A DNA stretch of 63,871 bases, filler included, from Octopus bimaculoides (Eukaryota), in assembly GCF_001194135.2 (NCBI RefSeq). It is 5 parts of 4 records of this genome, joined end to end, with 100 filler letters (N's around TTAATTAATTAA, not from the genome) between each part and the next. Parts side by side here need not be neighbours in the genome. Positions count along the whole stretch, not along the records: positions 26,160 to 50,734 come from NC_068990.1; 4 more parts are not named here. One strand, written 5' to 3'. Below, piece by piece: positions 35,400 to 47,460 of the stretch. A program made the position numbers and the translations under genes. Each line of letters begins with the position of its first letter. Positions within the stretch are counted from its first letter, which is position 1. Under the pieces are notes generated by a model. It was given only the letters and a program-made list of their open reading frames with translations. It ran no database searches and was not told the origin of the DNA.

Positions 35400-35820
35400 T
35401 AGCCGATACCAGTGCCACCTGACTGGCTCCCATGCTGGTGGCATGCAATAAGCACCATTCATACGTGGGTTGTTGCCAGTACTGCCTAACTGACTCCCCG
35501 TGCTGGTGGCACATAAAAAACACTACCTGAATGTGGTTGATGCCAGCCCTGGCCCTGACTGGCACCTGTGCCAGTAGCACATTAAAAGCACTATCCGAAC
35601 GTGGCCAATGCCAGTGCTACCTGACTGGTTCCCCATGTTGTTGGCACGTAAAAAGCAACCACTCAGAATGGTTGGCATTAGGAAGTGGCATCCAGCTGTA
35701 GAAACATTACCAGATCAGATTGGAGCCTGGTAAGGCTTCCTGGCTTGCCAGTCCCCAGTCAAACCATGCAACCCATGCCAGATTGGAAAACGGATGTTAA
35801 ATGAGGATGATGATGATGAT
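35400..35820 (+). mobile_element. RTE-type 3' tail preceded by four tandem 68-bp units
   Basis: Units begin tgccag and contain (g/c)tggtggca; the tail ends in (GAT)n. Confidence 0.75.
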
Positions 35821-35824
35821 TATG

Positions 35825-36550
35825 GCTGGGAGATAACAGTTCGCTCAAGAGAGCTGCCCTCAACTGCCACCAAAGACTGGTCTGGAACCTGATGCATGCC
35901 AAGTGTCTCTGGGAAGATCTTTTTCCCTGTGTCCATGGAAGATCTCTGAACACCTCCTTGCCCTTGGCTACCAGCTCAGCCTTGGGGTTGCAGAAAACGG
36001 AGTTAATGTCTTTCTTAGCCATGCCCCACACATAGTAATCTAAAGGATTACAATCAGGGGAATTAAGATGCCAGAAATTCTCCAACAACCTCTTCTGAGT
36101 CTTTCTGGTGGTACAGCACCAAGCTGAATATTGCTGTCATGGATATGGCCTTCCAGCAACAACCCTCTCCAGCCAGGGATTGACCACAGTCTCCATCAGC
36201 TTCACAAAACTATCTGAATTGAGCCTCATTTCCTGTTCAAAGATGTGGGGGGCAGTATGACATCACCCTCAATGGAGACACACCCAAAGACCTACTGACC
36301 ACAGCCTCGTAGTCTCTGTTGCCGCTGTCCATGCCACATCTTACAGCTTTTATAGTGTTCATAAAGCTTTGAGCAGCAGTCATGATGTCAGCGTTTTGAT
36401 ACTCAGCCCAAATCATCATGATACAGGTAAATGTTTTCCAATATTCAAATGGCTTCCACTCCTCTGAGTCAGTAACTTTTCTCAACTACATCTTTAATCT
36501 TTATGCTCTTCAATGCTGTCGACTATTCACAAGGTGTTCCCAAAAGAAGG
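35825..36550 (-). pseudogene. Second maT/DD37D-like transposase remnant with internal deletions
   Basis: GCVSIEGDVILPHIFEQEMRLNSDSFVKLMETVVNPWLERV..., NSPDCNPLDYYVWG. Confidence 0.8.
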
Positions 36551-36842
36551 AGACATAAAAATGTCATCAAATTTAGCCAAAACACCTATGGTGTGTATAG
36601 CAGATTGCTTTACACACCATTGTCCAGTGTAATCATCACATCATAGTTCAGGCCACTGTATATACCCATGCACTATATCATGATATATAAGCCTATCTAT
36701 ATTATACAAAACCATTTTATCATTTTATCATGACATTGTTGCTTCAGTTTCATTTCCATTAGAACAACAGTTTAAATTTTCATTTTATTTTTTTATACTC
36801 TCTCCTTTCCTTTCCTTACCCTCTCTCTCTCTCCCTCTCTCC

Positions 36843-36873
<31 letters not shown>

Positions 36874-37089
36874 CTCATTCTCTTTATTTGCTTGAAAGAA
36901 TGGTAAACCATTATCTCCAGTTATGTTTTACTGAACGTGTTGTCAACATCACAGCATATCACATAACATAGCAGACCCTGTTAATGTCTTATCAATTGTA
37001 ACATTAAACTGCACAAAGGTTTCTAGTTAATTACACTAACGAGCATCCTAGAGTATGTGCCTATGTGTGTTCTGGTCATTTTTGTTTAA

Positions 37090-37303
37090 TCCTTTATCAT
37101 CCAGATTACTCTCTCAAATATACTGTTTGTTTATTCACATTTGTTTTCAATTAATCATGCATTATCTCATAGCTTTGAGATTTTCAAGATGTGATTGTTT
37201 ATTTTTAGAATGACATTGCAAGGTAAGTGTGAGAGGCTGGATCTAGCTGCTTTGAACATTGATAATATTTTGACTGGATATGGCCAGTTTAAATGCTAAA
37301 GGA
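37090..37303. mobile_element. piggyBac-type MITE (second family, degenerate)
   Basis: TTAA|TCCTTTATCAT...AATGCTAAAGGA|TTAC. Confidence 0.65.
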
Positions 37304-38247
37304 TTACCAACTGTTTTTCCTTGCTTGGGGTTAATTGAAGCAAAAGCTCTATGCCCAGATGCTCTTCCTGTTTGTCTTTTTTTAAGTTATGGATTTTTCC
37401 AGGGGAATTCAAAAGCACAGAGCCAATGGATGAAATGTCAATGAATGTCACTGTTTACAGCTCCATATCAGTTATAAACATTCCCATAGACAGACTTACA
37501 TATATATATATATAGAGAGAGAGAGATATGTATGTATATCAAAAGGATGTGTTATAATACTATTCCACAGCCACAATCCAATAATACTATTCCACATATA
37601 CACAAACAGCCATACCAACATCCAACATACCTCCATCAACAGCTTCCCCACGGATATCATTATGGTTTTGATACCTGGGCAGTACCATTCAATCCAGTGG
37701 TGCCAACAGCACTAAAATAAGTGTTGTTTGGTAACAAACAAACAAACCACAACTTTCAAACACATTTACCCTACGTACAACCATATTGATAAACAAATTC
37801 CATAAGTAAATTACAACCCCCTCCTAAATACATAACTAAACAGCAACAACTCTATACACATCATAACTGAAAAGCTCCGATTTCTAGGACTCAGAGTTGC
37901 TCATTTTCGATCTTCAGTTTTTTTAATAGGAAATAAGAACAAACATCTTGTCCTTAGACAAGATGTTTAACTCGATCTACAGCCTGAGGTTTTATGCATA
38001 ATAAAGACTTTATTTTTTACTCACTGGAAAAAAAAATTGTTTTGTTTTCGTTGGTATTTAATTCATTACGTTTGAGTCCAGTTTGCCATAATTTCTTATG
38101 TTTCACAGGTCACAAGCATCTAATTTGTCTCACACACATGCACAAGCAGACTTACATACATACATATGTATATATTGGGGGGAGTGCTATACAGATTTTG
38201 TATCCCTTTCAGGGGATTCATAATGAAAATAAACTATATGAATTATC

Positions 38248-38470
38248 TTCATCATCATCATCAGTTCACATCCACTTTTCCATGCTTGCATGGCTAACCA
38301 GAGCTTATTAAGGCTCGTTTTCTACAGTTTGATCCCGTTCCTGTCATACCTCTTGTTTCCAAGAAAGTAATATTTCTCCATGGCCAGACATGTTTTCATA
38401 GAAAACTGAAATAGAGAAGACATTGCTTGTCAGTTACAATCATTCATAACAATCACACAATGTCAAGAGA
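38248..38470 (-). mobile_element. RTE-type 3' tail (variant)
   Basis: (TCA)n followed by catccacttttccatgcttgcatgg. Confidence 0.6.
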
Positions 38471-39357
38471 GTCACACACACACTGACACATATGCATCTC
38501 TCTCTCCATATACGAGCGCAAACAAGGATATATGATGAGAGTTCACATCACAATCACATTGTACTGGGTCAATCCTACTGCATGGCACCTTGAGTTGACC
38601 TTATAATTTACACACACGCACGACATATGAGACAGTGTCAAACCATCATCATCATCATCATCAATCTATTATACTCTCCAACCCTCAGGCCACATCAGAC
38701 TGTCTTCATTAAAACACTCTTACTTCACTGCCTCTCTACCCCCAGCCATCCCCCTCCTTCTTCTGGGTCACTTCTATTATTGCTCACCACCTATTTTTGC
38801 TTTTGTCCCATCCCTTACCTTTGTCCACTGCTCCCCCTCCTGACTCCACCCCCAAATAGCCCTGCTACTTTTCCCATCATGTTCTGGCTCCTAGAAACTA
38901 TGGATTCTCAAGAAACATTACCTAATTCAGATCAGGAAACCCCAAGCTGTATTAGACCTAATGAAGGCTTGGCTGTCTTAACAGTATTGTTGGCCCTCAG
39001 GCAAATCGTTACACTGGACCCTATACTACTTATTGACAGCAAGCCACAGCATACATAGATCGGAAATGGATCCAGTGTACCCATCCTTAAGGCAGCAATG
39101 GGCTTGGAAATATATTAGAAAACACTTGCCCTAAGTGGTGTGCAGTGGGACTGAACCTGGAGCCAAGTGGTTGCAAAACGAATTTAACCACTCAGCTATG
39201 CTTTGCCTATTTAATGTCATGGATTGTTTAGAATAAAAATGGACAAATAGATTTAATATCCTAATGTATTCGCTGATTGATGATAAATCCTGTATGTTGT
39301 GTGTATTAATTATATATTAGCAGGACCTGTGAATATTTCACAGAATTAATGGTAAAC

Positions 39358-39444
39358 CTGTTGGCTTATTTCTGAAAACTTCATCCAAAAAGCCTGAAAG
39401 TGTAGCCTGTGTTGTGTCTGTATGGAAAGATAGTCGCTCATCTG
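39358..39444 (-). CDS. Candidate 87-nt symmetric exon, product unknown
   Basis: tttctttcacttttcaatgagcAG acceptor (tandem NAG) and CAG|GTTTAC donor. Open frame (x)DERLSFHTDTTQATLSGFLDEVFRNKPT(G). Confidence 0.25.
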
Positions 39445-40261
39445 CTGCTCATTGAAAAGTGAAAGAAACTGGAATACGATGATTACTTAATGCATTTTAT
39501 ATATACACTTTATATACTTTATGTACAATTTCATAGACTTAATACACAGCACTCACGAAATAAATATTTATGCTTCTTTTTCCATTTTCCCCATAAACAA
39601 AAATATCCCGTACATATGATACAACCTTTAGTTAAATTGCATATATCTGCCATGTAAATAAGTGTGAATATTTTGCGGATTTGCACTTACACGCATGCGT
39701 TAAGTGATGGGTGACATAAAAAAAACTTAGTTCGATTTTTAAAAATACACTTTCTCTATCCAATCACCATCATCTTCCCCCCCCCCCCCTCTCTCATTCT
39801 GTCTTTAATCTCACCATCAGAACAACACCCTTCTGCTAAAAATATATCCTTAACTCACCTCCCCTACCTTCAGCTTTTTTTTTAGCAACGTAACAAATAT
39901 TACTTTCGCCATACCTCACGTTGGACGCTTCTCTCTCTGTCTTTTTCTTTCTCCCTCTTCTGTCTTACTCTTCGCCTAATCCTCTTTTTCTCTCCCCTCT
40001 CTTTCCCTTCAACTAATCACGTGAAGGAGTTACTGATAAGCTACGTAACGCAATGATAAGCAGAATTACTATACAATACACACGTATTAATAATGTTACT
40101 AAGACAGTGTAGAACAGTTATCTCCCTTACATCTGGTGTCAGCAATGGCCGTTGATAGAGGAATGATGAGACGTGAAAGTCAAAGGAATTGAACTCGGCC
40201 ATTATCTTTCCGACGCTTTAATAATTATGCCACCTCGCCAGCTTGTAATCTAGTATAATAA

Positions 40262-40475
40262 TTGTTTCTACTTTAGGCACAGGTCTGTAATTTGTGGTGA
40301 GGGAGATTGTCGATTACATTGACCTCAGTACTCAACTGGTACTTATTTAATCGACGCCGAAAGGATGAAAGGCAAAGTCGACCGCGGTGGAATTTGAACT
40401 CAGAACGTAAAGACGGGTGAAAGGCCGCTAAGTATTTTGTCCGGTATGCTAACGATCCTGCCAGCTCGCCGCCTT
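40262..40475 (-). mobile_element. SINE family B
   Basis: Full head, core and tail. Confidence 0.85.
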
Positions 40476-41228
40476 ATGAGTTTGTATAATAATGACGTAC
40501 AGAAGAGAAAATAAATAAAACAAAATATCATTTTCTATGTAGAAGATGTTCCTGATGTACTTTTAACGTTATGGCGTTGTTGGTTGCTAAGCTCGAGTCA
40601 AACATGATCAGAGCAATAGTCGATGCTCTTGCCGTGACCATCTCGTCTTATTTGTCAAGTGTTTATCGTTTTTATAAAGCAGTCGTGGGATATAATTTGA
40701 GGAAAGTTCAGCGGTCATTTAAAGTCCCCCCCCCCCTCATACACACACTGACACATAACATAAGAACCATGCGACATACGGATTTTCTTAACTAGAGTAA
40801 TTAATAACTATCAGAAAAGATAACTCTTACGTAATACTGGATGAAGAGTTATCTCCCTTGCTCAACGATTTCCCAAGTATTTCAAAATCAAAAATATTAA
40901 TTTTTGAGAGTATCCACAATCATTAAAATTTCTTTCTGACCCCAACAACGAAGACTTGTTCTACTTCAGTGCTGAATATTATATCCTGCGTTGACGTATC
41001 TCAGTCTCAGACATACATGGCGTAAAAGAACCTAAATTATAAACATCCTTAGCAATAAGAAATTCTTACGAAGTTATTTCCAATAAATGTTTGTTTTATA
41101 CTGTACTTGATCGCATAACAGACGCAAAATCGTATGAGACACATCCGATTTCAGCAATGCGTATTCAGGAAAAAGAGCCTCAAAGACAAAGTTAGTGTAT
41201 GGGAGGCCAAACTTTGTTTTTAAAAAAG

Positions 41229-41697
41229 GGCACTGTCATGCTATTAGCTGTCAGAAGTGAAAGTGCTCACTGCTAGTGAAGTATGTGTCTGTCTGCCTGC
41301 ATGCCTGTTGCTGGCCTGTCGATTCTTTGGCTACTGACAGCTAATACCATGACTGGCCGGAGCGAGCTATATGTCTGTCTGTCTCTCTCTCTATCTATCT
41401 ATCTATTACTCGAAAGTTCGCGCGTCCGCGCTAACTAGTCGTGAGTAGAAAACACAAATTTAATATAAAAACATATTTCCTGAAATTGCAAATTATTTAA
41501 AATATAAAAATATAATTTTCAACAGAGAGAATTTATCAAAATAGAAAACAAATGAAGTTTGAAGTTTAAAAATAATAGGATCGACCACTCACGACTAGCT
41601 AGCGCGGACGCGAGTACCCTTATACTCTGTGTTTTCAAACGCATGGATATAGGTGTCAAATTTGTTCCAATAACTTTCGAGTAATAGATAGATAGAT

Positions 41698-41728
<31 letters not shown>

Positions 41729-41852
41729 TATAGCTCGCTCCGGCCAGTCATGGTATTAGCTGTCAGTAGCCAAAGAATCGACAGGCAGACAGACAGATAC
41801 TTCACTAGCAGTGAGCACTTTCACTTCTGACAGCTAATAGCATGATAGTGCC
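41229..41852. mobile_element. Foldback/MITE with about 220-bp TIRs and GGCAC...GTGCC ends (Merlin-like)
   Basis: Left arm 41229-41446 is the reverse complement of right arm 41587-41852 (with an insert of about 57 bp). Flanks TAAAAAAG and AAAAAAAG match at 7 of 8 positions. Confidence 0.8.
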
Positions 41853-42287
41853 AAAAAAAGTGCATTTTATACGGTATTTGATCCAGTCAACACTTTTAGA
41901 TTTAGACAAAAATATTAAGGCTTCCCATTTTGTTTACGCGGTGCTACTTTGGCATTTGATCTACAAAGGAAATTACTTTAGGTTATCTTTTAGTTTACTC
42001 TTCAATTTCTAAAAACCCGTAAAATATTGGCTAAAGATATTTACAATGTGATCGGCGACGAGACGAAGGCAGTTGCATTTTTACAGGGAACCAACACTGA
42101 ATTCCCGTCATTTCTTAACAAAAAGAAAGGTGCCACTTTAGAGTATGGTCTAAAATTTAAAAGGAGACTGCTTTATACGGTTTTCTTAGTATTAAAATAG
42201 TATGAAAATGGAAAGTAACCTTAAGTGTCTCTTTTGTAGATTACACGCCAAGATAGCTCCGTCTTGAAACGAACTTGGACTAACATA

Positions 42288-42662
42288 TAGGCGCATGCGT
42301 GGCTGTGTGGTGTGAAGTTTTGCTTCCCAACCACATAGTTCCAGGTTCAGTCCCACTGTGTGGAACCTTGAGCAAGTGTCTTCTACTATAGCCACGGGGC
42401 GACCAAAGCCTTGTGAGTGGATTTGGTAGATGAAAACTGAAAGAAGCCTGTCATGTGTGTGTGTGTGTGTGTGCGTGTGCGTGCGTTTGTCTGTGTGTCT
42501 GTTTGAACCCCACCATCGCTTGACAACCGATGTTGGGGTGTTTATGTCTCCATAACTCAGTGATTCGGCAAAACACACCGATAGAATAAGAACTAGGCGT
42601 ACAAAGAATAAGCCCTGGGGTCAATTTGATCGACTAAAGGCAATGCTCCACCATGGCTGCAG
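42288..42662 (+). mobile_element. SINE family A
   Basis: taggcgcatgcgtggctgtgtgg head through ccatggctgcag. Confidence 0.85.
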
Positions 42663-42679
42663 TGTGTGTGTGTGTGTAC

Positions 42680-42948
42680 AGAAAATTGGAAAATTTTTGG
42701 TATTATTTATTTATTCACCATTACACGTGTTTCATTTGCTAATAGGAATTACGAAGTTTATCACTGTAGACATGTAAGAAAAATAAGAAAGTTTAAATAA
42801 TGCAGTATTATTCAATTTCTCACTTTGAGGAATTTGTAATAGGAAATCTCTGACATGTTTATCTAATATGTAAAACTTTGTAATTCCTATTCACAAACGA
42901 AACATGTGTAATGGTGAATAAATAATACCAAAGAATTTCCAATTTCTT
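42680..42948. mobile_element. AT-rich MITE with about 80-bp TIRs
   Basis: gaaaattggaaaatttttggtattattt...caccattacacgtgtttc matches the reverse complement of 42870-42948. Confidence 0.75.
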
Positions 42949-43123
42949 GCTTTATAACTCATCAAATAATAACTCAGCAAATCATATTTCCATACTTCTC
43001 ATTTTTAATGTATAGTTTGCATCAACACACAGCAGCAACTGAGACTACATACTGAATTGTAATAATGGAATAAGCAGACGTGTTGCAAAAGGAAACATCC
43101 GGGATTTACCCTACCTACCTACC

Positions 43124-43188
<65 letters not shown>

Positions 43189-43282
43189 GAAGCATTAAGA
43201 AGCTGATTAGAAATATTAGAGTGAATCTTAACAGCTCGAAATGAATTTGTTTCAATATGTCTGTATATAATAGCTGATTTCA

Positions 43283-43640
43283 TAGGCGCAGGAGTGGCTG
43301 TGTGGTAAGTAACTTGCTTACTAACCACATGGTTCCAGGTTCAGCCTGAGCAAGTGTCTTCTACTATAGCCTCGGGCCGAACAAAGCCTTGTGGGTGAAT
43401 TTGGTAGATGGAAACTGAAAAAAGCCCGTCGTATATGTGTGTGTGTGTGTGTGTGTCTGTGTTTCTCCTCCCCACCACCAATACCATCGCTTGACAACCA
43501 CTAAATTATGGGGACTTAGCGATTCGGCAAAATACAATAAGTACTAGGCTTACAAAGAATAAGTCCTGGGGTCGATTTGTTCGACTAAAGACGGTGCTCC
43601 TGCATGACCGCAGTCAAATAACTGAAACAAATAAAAGAAT
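43283..43640 (+). mobile_element. SINE family A
   Basis: taggcgcaggagtggctgtgtggtaag head through gaaacaaataaaagaat. Confidence 0.85.
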
Positions 43641-44195
43641 ATAAATATATATATATATATCGGCCTAGCTATTCAAATTTGGGTAAAGTGGATCGAATCC
43701 ACTTCACGCCTGCCAGGTTCCTACATTATATATATATATATATATATACCTTGGGGTTATTATTTTAAATCAAAATTAAGAATAACAACGGAACATTTAC
43801 TCAAATTTATTGTAAAATTCATTTTGTGTGATATTTTACAATATATGTGTGGAGAGAGAGGTGGGGGAAGAGAGAGGAAGAGAGTTGTAAAGTGAAGTCG
43901 TATGGACTAATTGGTCTGGAGAAATGGCCAGAACGCTTTGATGTCGTTATCTCAACTGGTCACCTTCGATCAATAAGGATGCTATTTTCCCGTTTGCCTC
44001 AAGTAGATATGAATCGCGATTTTCATTTTCCACCCACGTTTCCAGCTGTCATGAAAGCAATGTTTAGATTTCCGGTAACAATGATCCATGGTTCTAACAA
44101 AGCAGCTGAGAGCTTCATCCTTATATAGCTGATGCCTTCTTTCAGTCAATCAAGAACGAAGACAAAATCCCTCATCGTTTTAAAGATGGTAACAG

Positions 44196-44280
44196 AAGGC
44201 TGGAGGGTTATATCAGCTGAAATGTTGTGTTAACAACAAACAAGATCAGGACAAATATCCGTCAAATGTAAATAATGAAC
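44196..44280 (+). mobile_element. Penelope-like terminal repeat fragment (truncated hammerhead region)
   Basis: gaaggctggagggttatatcagctgaaatgttgtgttaacaac matches 60821-60900. Confidence 0.6.
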
Positions 44281-44654
44281 AGACCAATGATCTAAAGCAT
44301 TCCAAACGTGACCATCCTATATTTTTAACAGTTTCTCAAGCAACATATTTTTGTTAAAACAGAATAGGATGTGATCCGAGGGAACTTTGGCTGCTATTTC
44401 TAGCTGGTAGAAAAACCAGTAGAGGCTTTTTCTTAGTGACTCTGTGTGTGTGTGTGTGTGTGTGTTTGGTATGTGTGTGTGTATGTATGCATGGTATTGA
44501 TATATGTTTTGTATTGCGTGCGTGTGATTCCTTAAAACTAAGAGTAAGAAAAAAGAAAGCAAAAATAATAAAGTTTGGAAATTCCTCTGCTGGCTGATTA
44601 GAATATTTTAAGATTATTCAAGTTGCTAATATTCCAGGTGCGGCAGAAAAACTC

Positions 44655-45381
44655 CGATTTTTTTATGTAGTGTTTTTGGTACCGAAACACTTTCAAACTT
44701 CGAATACTTGTATATTTTGTGTTACAGAACAGATAAAAAATTTTGTATTCGAAGTTATTTCATGTAAAAAATTGTCGTATTTCGGTAATTTCAACTAATC
44801 ACTGACTACGCCGTGGAATGTAAACAACGGTGTCAGGGGATTTTTTCCCTTGAATAAAATTAGTGCCGTTGTTTGTCAACAAAAACTATCCGTTGTCAAC
44901 AACAACTATCAGCGGTATATATTTCGTTTGTCACTGTTATTTATGACATCGTTCGTGCGTTTGTACTAGTTTTAGCTTTAGGGTTTTAGGGTTAGGGTTC
45001 GGGTCTTAGAGTTAGGGTTAGTTTTAGGATTACGGTTAGGGTTATGATTATTTTTGCCATAACCTTAACCCTAACCCTATAACTCATAACCATAACCCCA
45101 ACCCTAAAACCCGAACCCTAAAACCTTACTAGGGAATAATGATATAATTAAACAGGGAATAACACACTTGACACCGAACAGCACTAACTGTATTCAACTG
45201 AATAGACGTCAGTGATTGGTTGAAATTACAGAAAGACGACAACTTTAACTTTATTAAGAAGTAATTTTTGTTAAGAAGGCTAAGATAAAAAGATGTTTTA
45301 TATGACACATTCTACCAGTATCCCAAGTTTGAAAGTGTTTCGTTAAGAAAACAAGTGTTGCCTGTCAAACCAAAAAGATCC
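44655..45381. mobile_element. Foldback element with head-to-head (TTAGGG)n/(CCCTAA)n core, same family as 8298-8841
   Basis: The reverse complement of 45190-45350 matches 8325-8510. Right end is ...aaaaagatcc. TTAGGG-like at 44977-45046 faces CCCTAA-like at 45058-45125. The left end is uncertain. Confidence 0.75.
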
Positions 45382-45568
45382 GAATTTTTTTAAGACACCA
45401 CAAAACATAAAGACAGTACAAAACGCAAACATAAAATCGGGGTAATTAAAATAAAATGATAATATGCAAGAATGAAAAAAATGAGGCGCAATGTCCACTC
45501 GATCCCCGAAGTCGGATGGTTACATTTATCCAGTTTTTCACTTTTACGTTCAACGTCATGTAAACATT

Positions 45569-46603
45569 TTAACGGTTTTGTAACTCAAAAAATCCAAACA
45601 CTCGCGTTACCTTTCTTCCATTAATCATTGTTACATCCGTCCTTAACANNNNNNNNNNNNNNNNNNNNNNNNNNNNNNNNNNNNNNNNNNNNNNNNNNNN
45701 NNNNNNNNNNNNNNNNNNNNNNNNNNNNNNNNNNNNNNNNNNNNNNNNNNNNNNNNNNNNNNNNNNNNNNNNNNNNNNNNNNNNNNNNNNNNNNNNNNNN
45801 NNNNNNNNNNNNNNNNNNNNNNNNNNNNNNNNNNNNNNNNNNNNNNNNNNNNNNNNNNNNNNNNNNNNNNNNNNNNNNNNNNNNNNNNNNNNNNNNNNNN
45901 NNNNNNNNNNNNNNNNNNNNNNNNNNNNNNNNNNNNNNNNNNNNNNNNNNNNNNNNNNNNNNNNNNNNNNNNNNNNNNNNNNNNNNNNNNNNNNNNNNNN
46001 NNNNNNNNNNNNNNNNNNNNNNNNNNNNNNNNNNNNNNNNNNNNNNNNNNNNNNNNNNNNNNNNNNNNNNNNNNNNNNNNNNNNNNNNNNNNNNNNNNNN
46101 NNNNNNNNNNNNNNNNNNNNNNNNNNNNNNNNNNNNNNNNNNNNNNNNNNNNNNNNNNNNNNNNNNNNNNNNNNNNNNNNNNNNNNNNNNNNNNNNNNNN
46201 NNNNNNNNNNNNNNNNNNNNNNNNNNNNNNNNNNNNNNNNNNNNNNNNNNNNNNNNNNNNNNNNNNNNNNNNNNNNNNNNNNNNNNNNNNNNNNNNNNNN
46301 NNNNNNNNNNNNNNNNNNNNNNNNNNNNNNNNNNNNNNNNNNNATTTCTTCTTCCGTCACCATTTCAATTTTACCGGTTTCGACAGCCTGTGTACGATAC
46401 ACTACTGTCCTCAGAATCTTATTTTCTTTAGTCTCTTTTGGGGGACACAATTTGTACGAGTTTCCCTCAACTTCTATCAAATTCCTGCTTCTGGTCACCT
46501 CCTCCATATCCAACTTGATTAACTTGGTTTCCAGCGGCACTGGCTTCCTCACCGCAGTGGCCTTGGCGTAGCTCTCCATACTGGAGACACTACCACTTGC
46601 CAT
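45569..46603 (-). pseudogene. LINE ORF1-like 5' region (probably Tx1/L1 group), spans an N gap
   Basis: MASGSVSSMESYAKATAV...RTVVYRT...; after the gap TDVTMINGRKVTRVFG resembles the pre-knuckle segment of L1/Tx1 ORF1. Continuity across the gap is unproven. Confidence 0.45.
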
Positions 46604-46719
46604 GGCTGGGGAAAATGCAGCAGCTCACGTGAAATACAACCGTAATAATTCCACAAAAATTACAATTATTCACCGAGACAGTTTTCACAAAGTAACACAA
46701 TATTCACAATAATTCACAG

Positions 46720-46782
46720 AGACGTTATACCGCTAAGCAGTTCGACCGACGTGCTAACGTTTCTGCCAGTTCACCGCTTAAC
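46720..46782 (-). mobile_element. Family B SINE head only (A box, no B box), abutting the ORF1 5' UTR
   Basis: Minus strand AAGCGGTGAACTGGCAGAAACGTTAGCACGTCGGTCGAACTGCTTAGCGGTATAACGTC, then non-SINE sequence. Confidence 0.8.
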
Positions 46783-47112
46783 TAGTAAAATATTATCTAC
46801 CTGAAAACACCATCACCATCTGTTTAAGCTCATTATCGCCACATCAATTGCCCTCTAAAATGGGGGGGGGTCTACCGCACCCTGTTCTATTAAATGGAAA
46901 TCTCGCCTAAATACAAAGACATAACTACATATTGATGCCTCACCTCTCGCTTCGTTTTCCCATAACTTTCCAAAAAGTTTATATTTTTTACTGAAACTTC
47001 GCTCAGATACGTTTTCGAATGTGTAGATTATATTTACGTCGACAAAATTTAGAAAAATCATTTTTGGGGAGTATTTCGGACCGTTCTTTCTCCTCCATCT
47101 CCTGCCCTTTGT

Positions 47113-47460
47113 CCCCTGGGTAAGAGGTAGGTGCTTCATCTAGCATGCCACAGTCTGCGACTCCTTTGTTCCTTTCCACATCCTGGATGCTGCAGTAAAT
47201 GGGAGGATCTTTGCTTCTGTGGTTGAATGGAATAAAATCCTTAAGTATTGCTACAGGCTGAAGAAATAGTTACCTGTAGCATTTAAGACATTTGGAGTGG
47301 ATGGTCCGCTAACAACGAAGTTCTTGTCATCGGTGGCGCCTCGCCCAACCAAGGTGTCAGGTGATGTCCGCGAGGGTGCTTGGCTGTTCTAACACCTTAG
47401 CCCCACCTTCGCTCGCGGTAATACCGCAAGCATGTTGGCTTGCTTCAGCAGGTTCCGTTC
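47113..47460 (+). pseudogene. CRE-clade LINE C-terminal (restriction-like endonuclease) remnant
   Basis: One frame: PWVRGRCFI*HATVCDSF...PVAFKTFGVDGP...SGDVREGAWLF*HLSPTFARGNTASML. Confidence 0.75.

Noticed and set aside
37941-37968. 12-bp perfect hairpin AAACATCTTGTC-CTTA-GACAAGATGTTT
   Set aside because: Short and isolated, with no context suggesting function.
44977-45125. Ancestral telomere-telomere chromosome fusion site
   Set aside because: The tracts are short and sit inside inverted arms shared with the TIR/TSD-bounded element at 8298-8841, so a transposon origin explains them.
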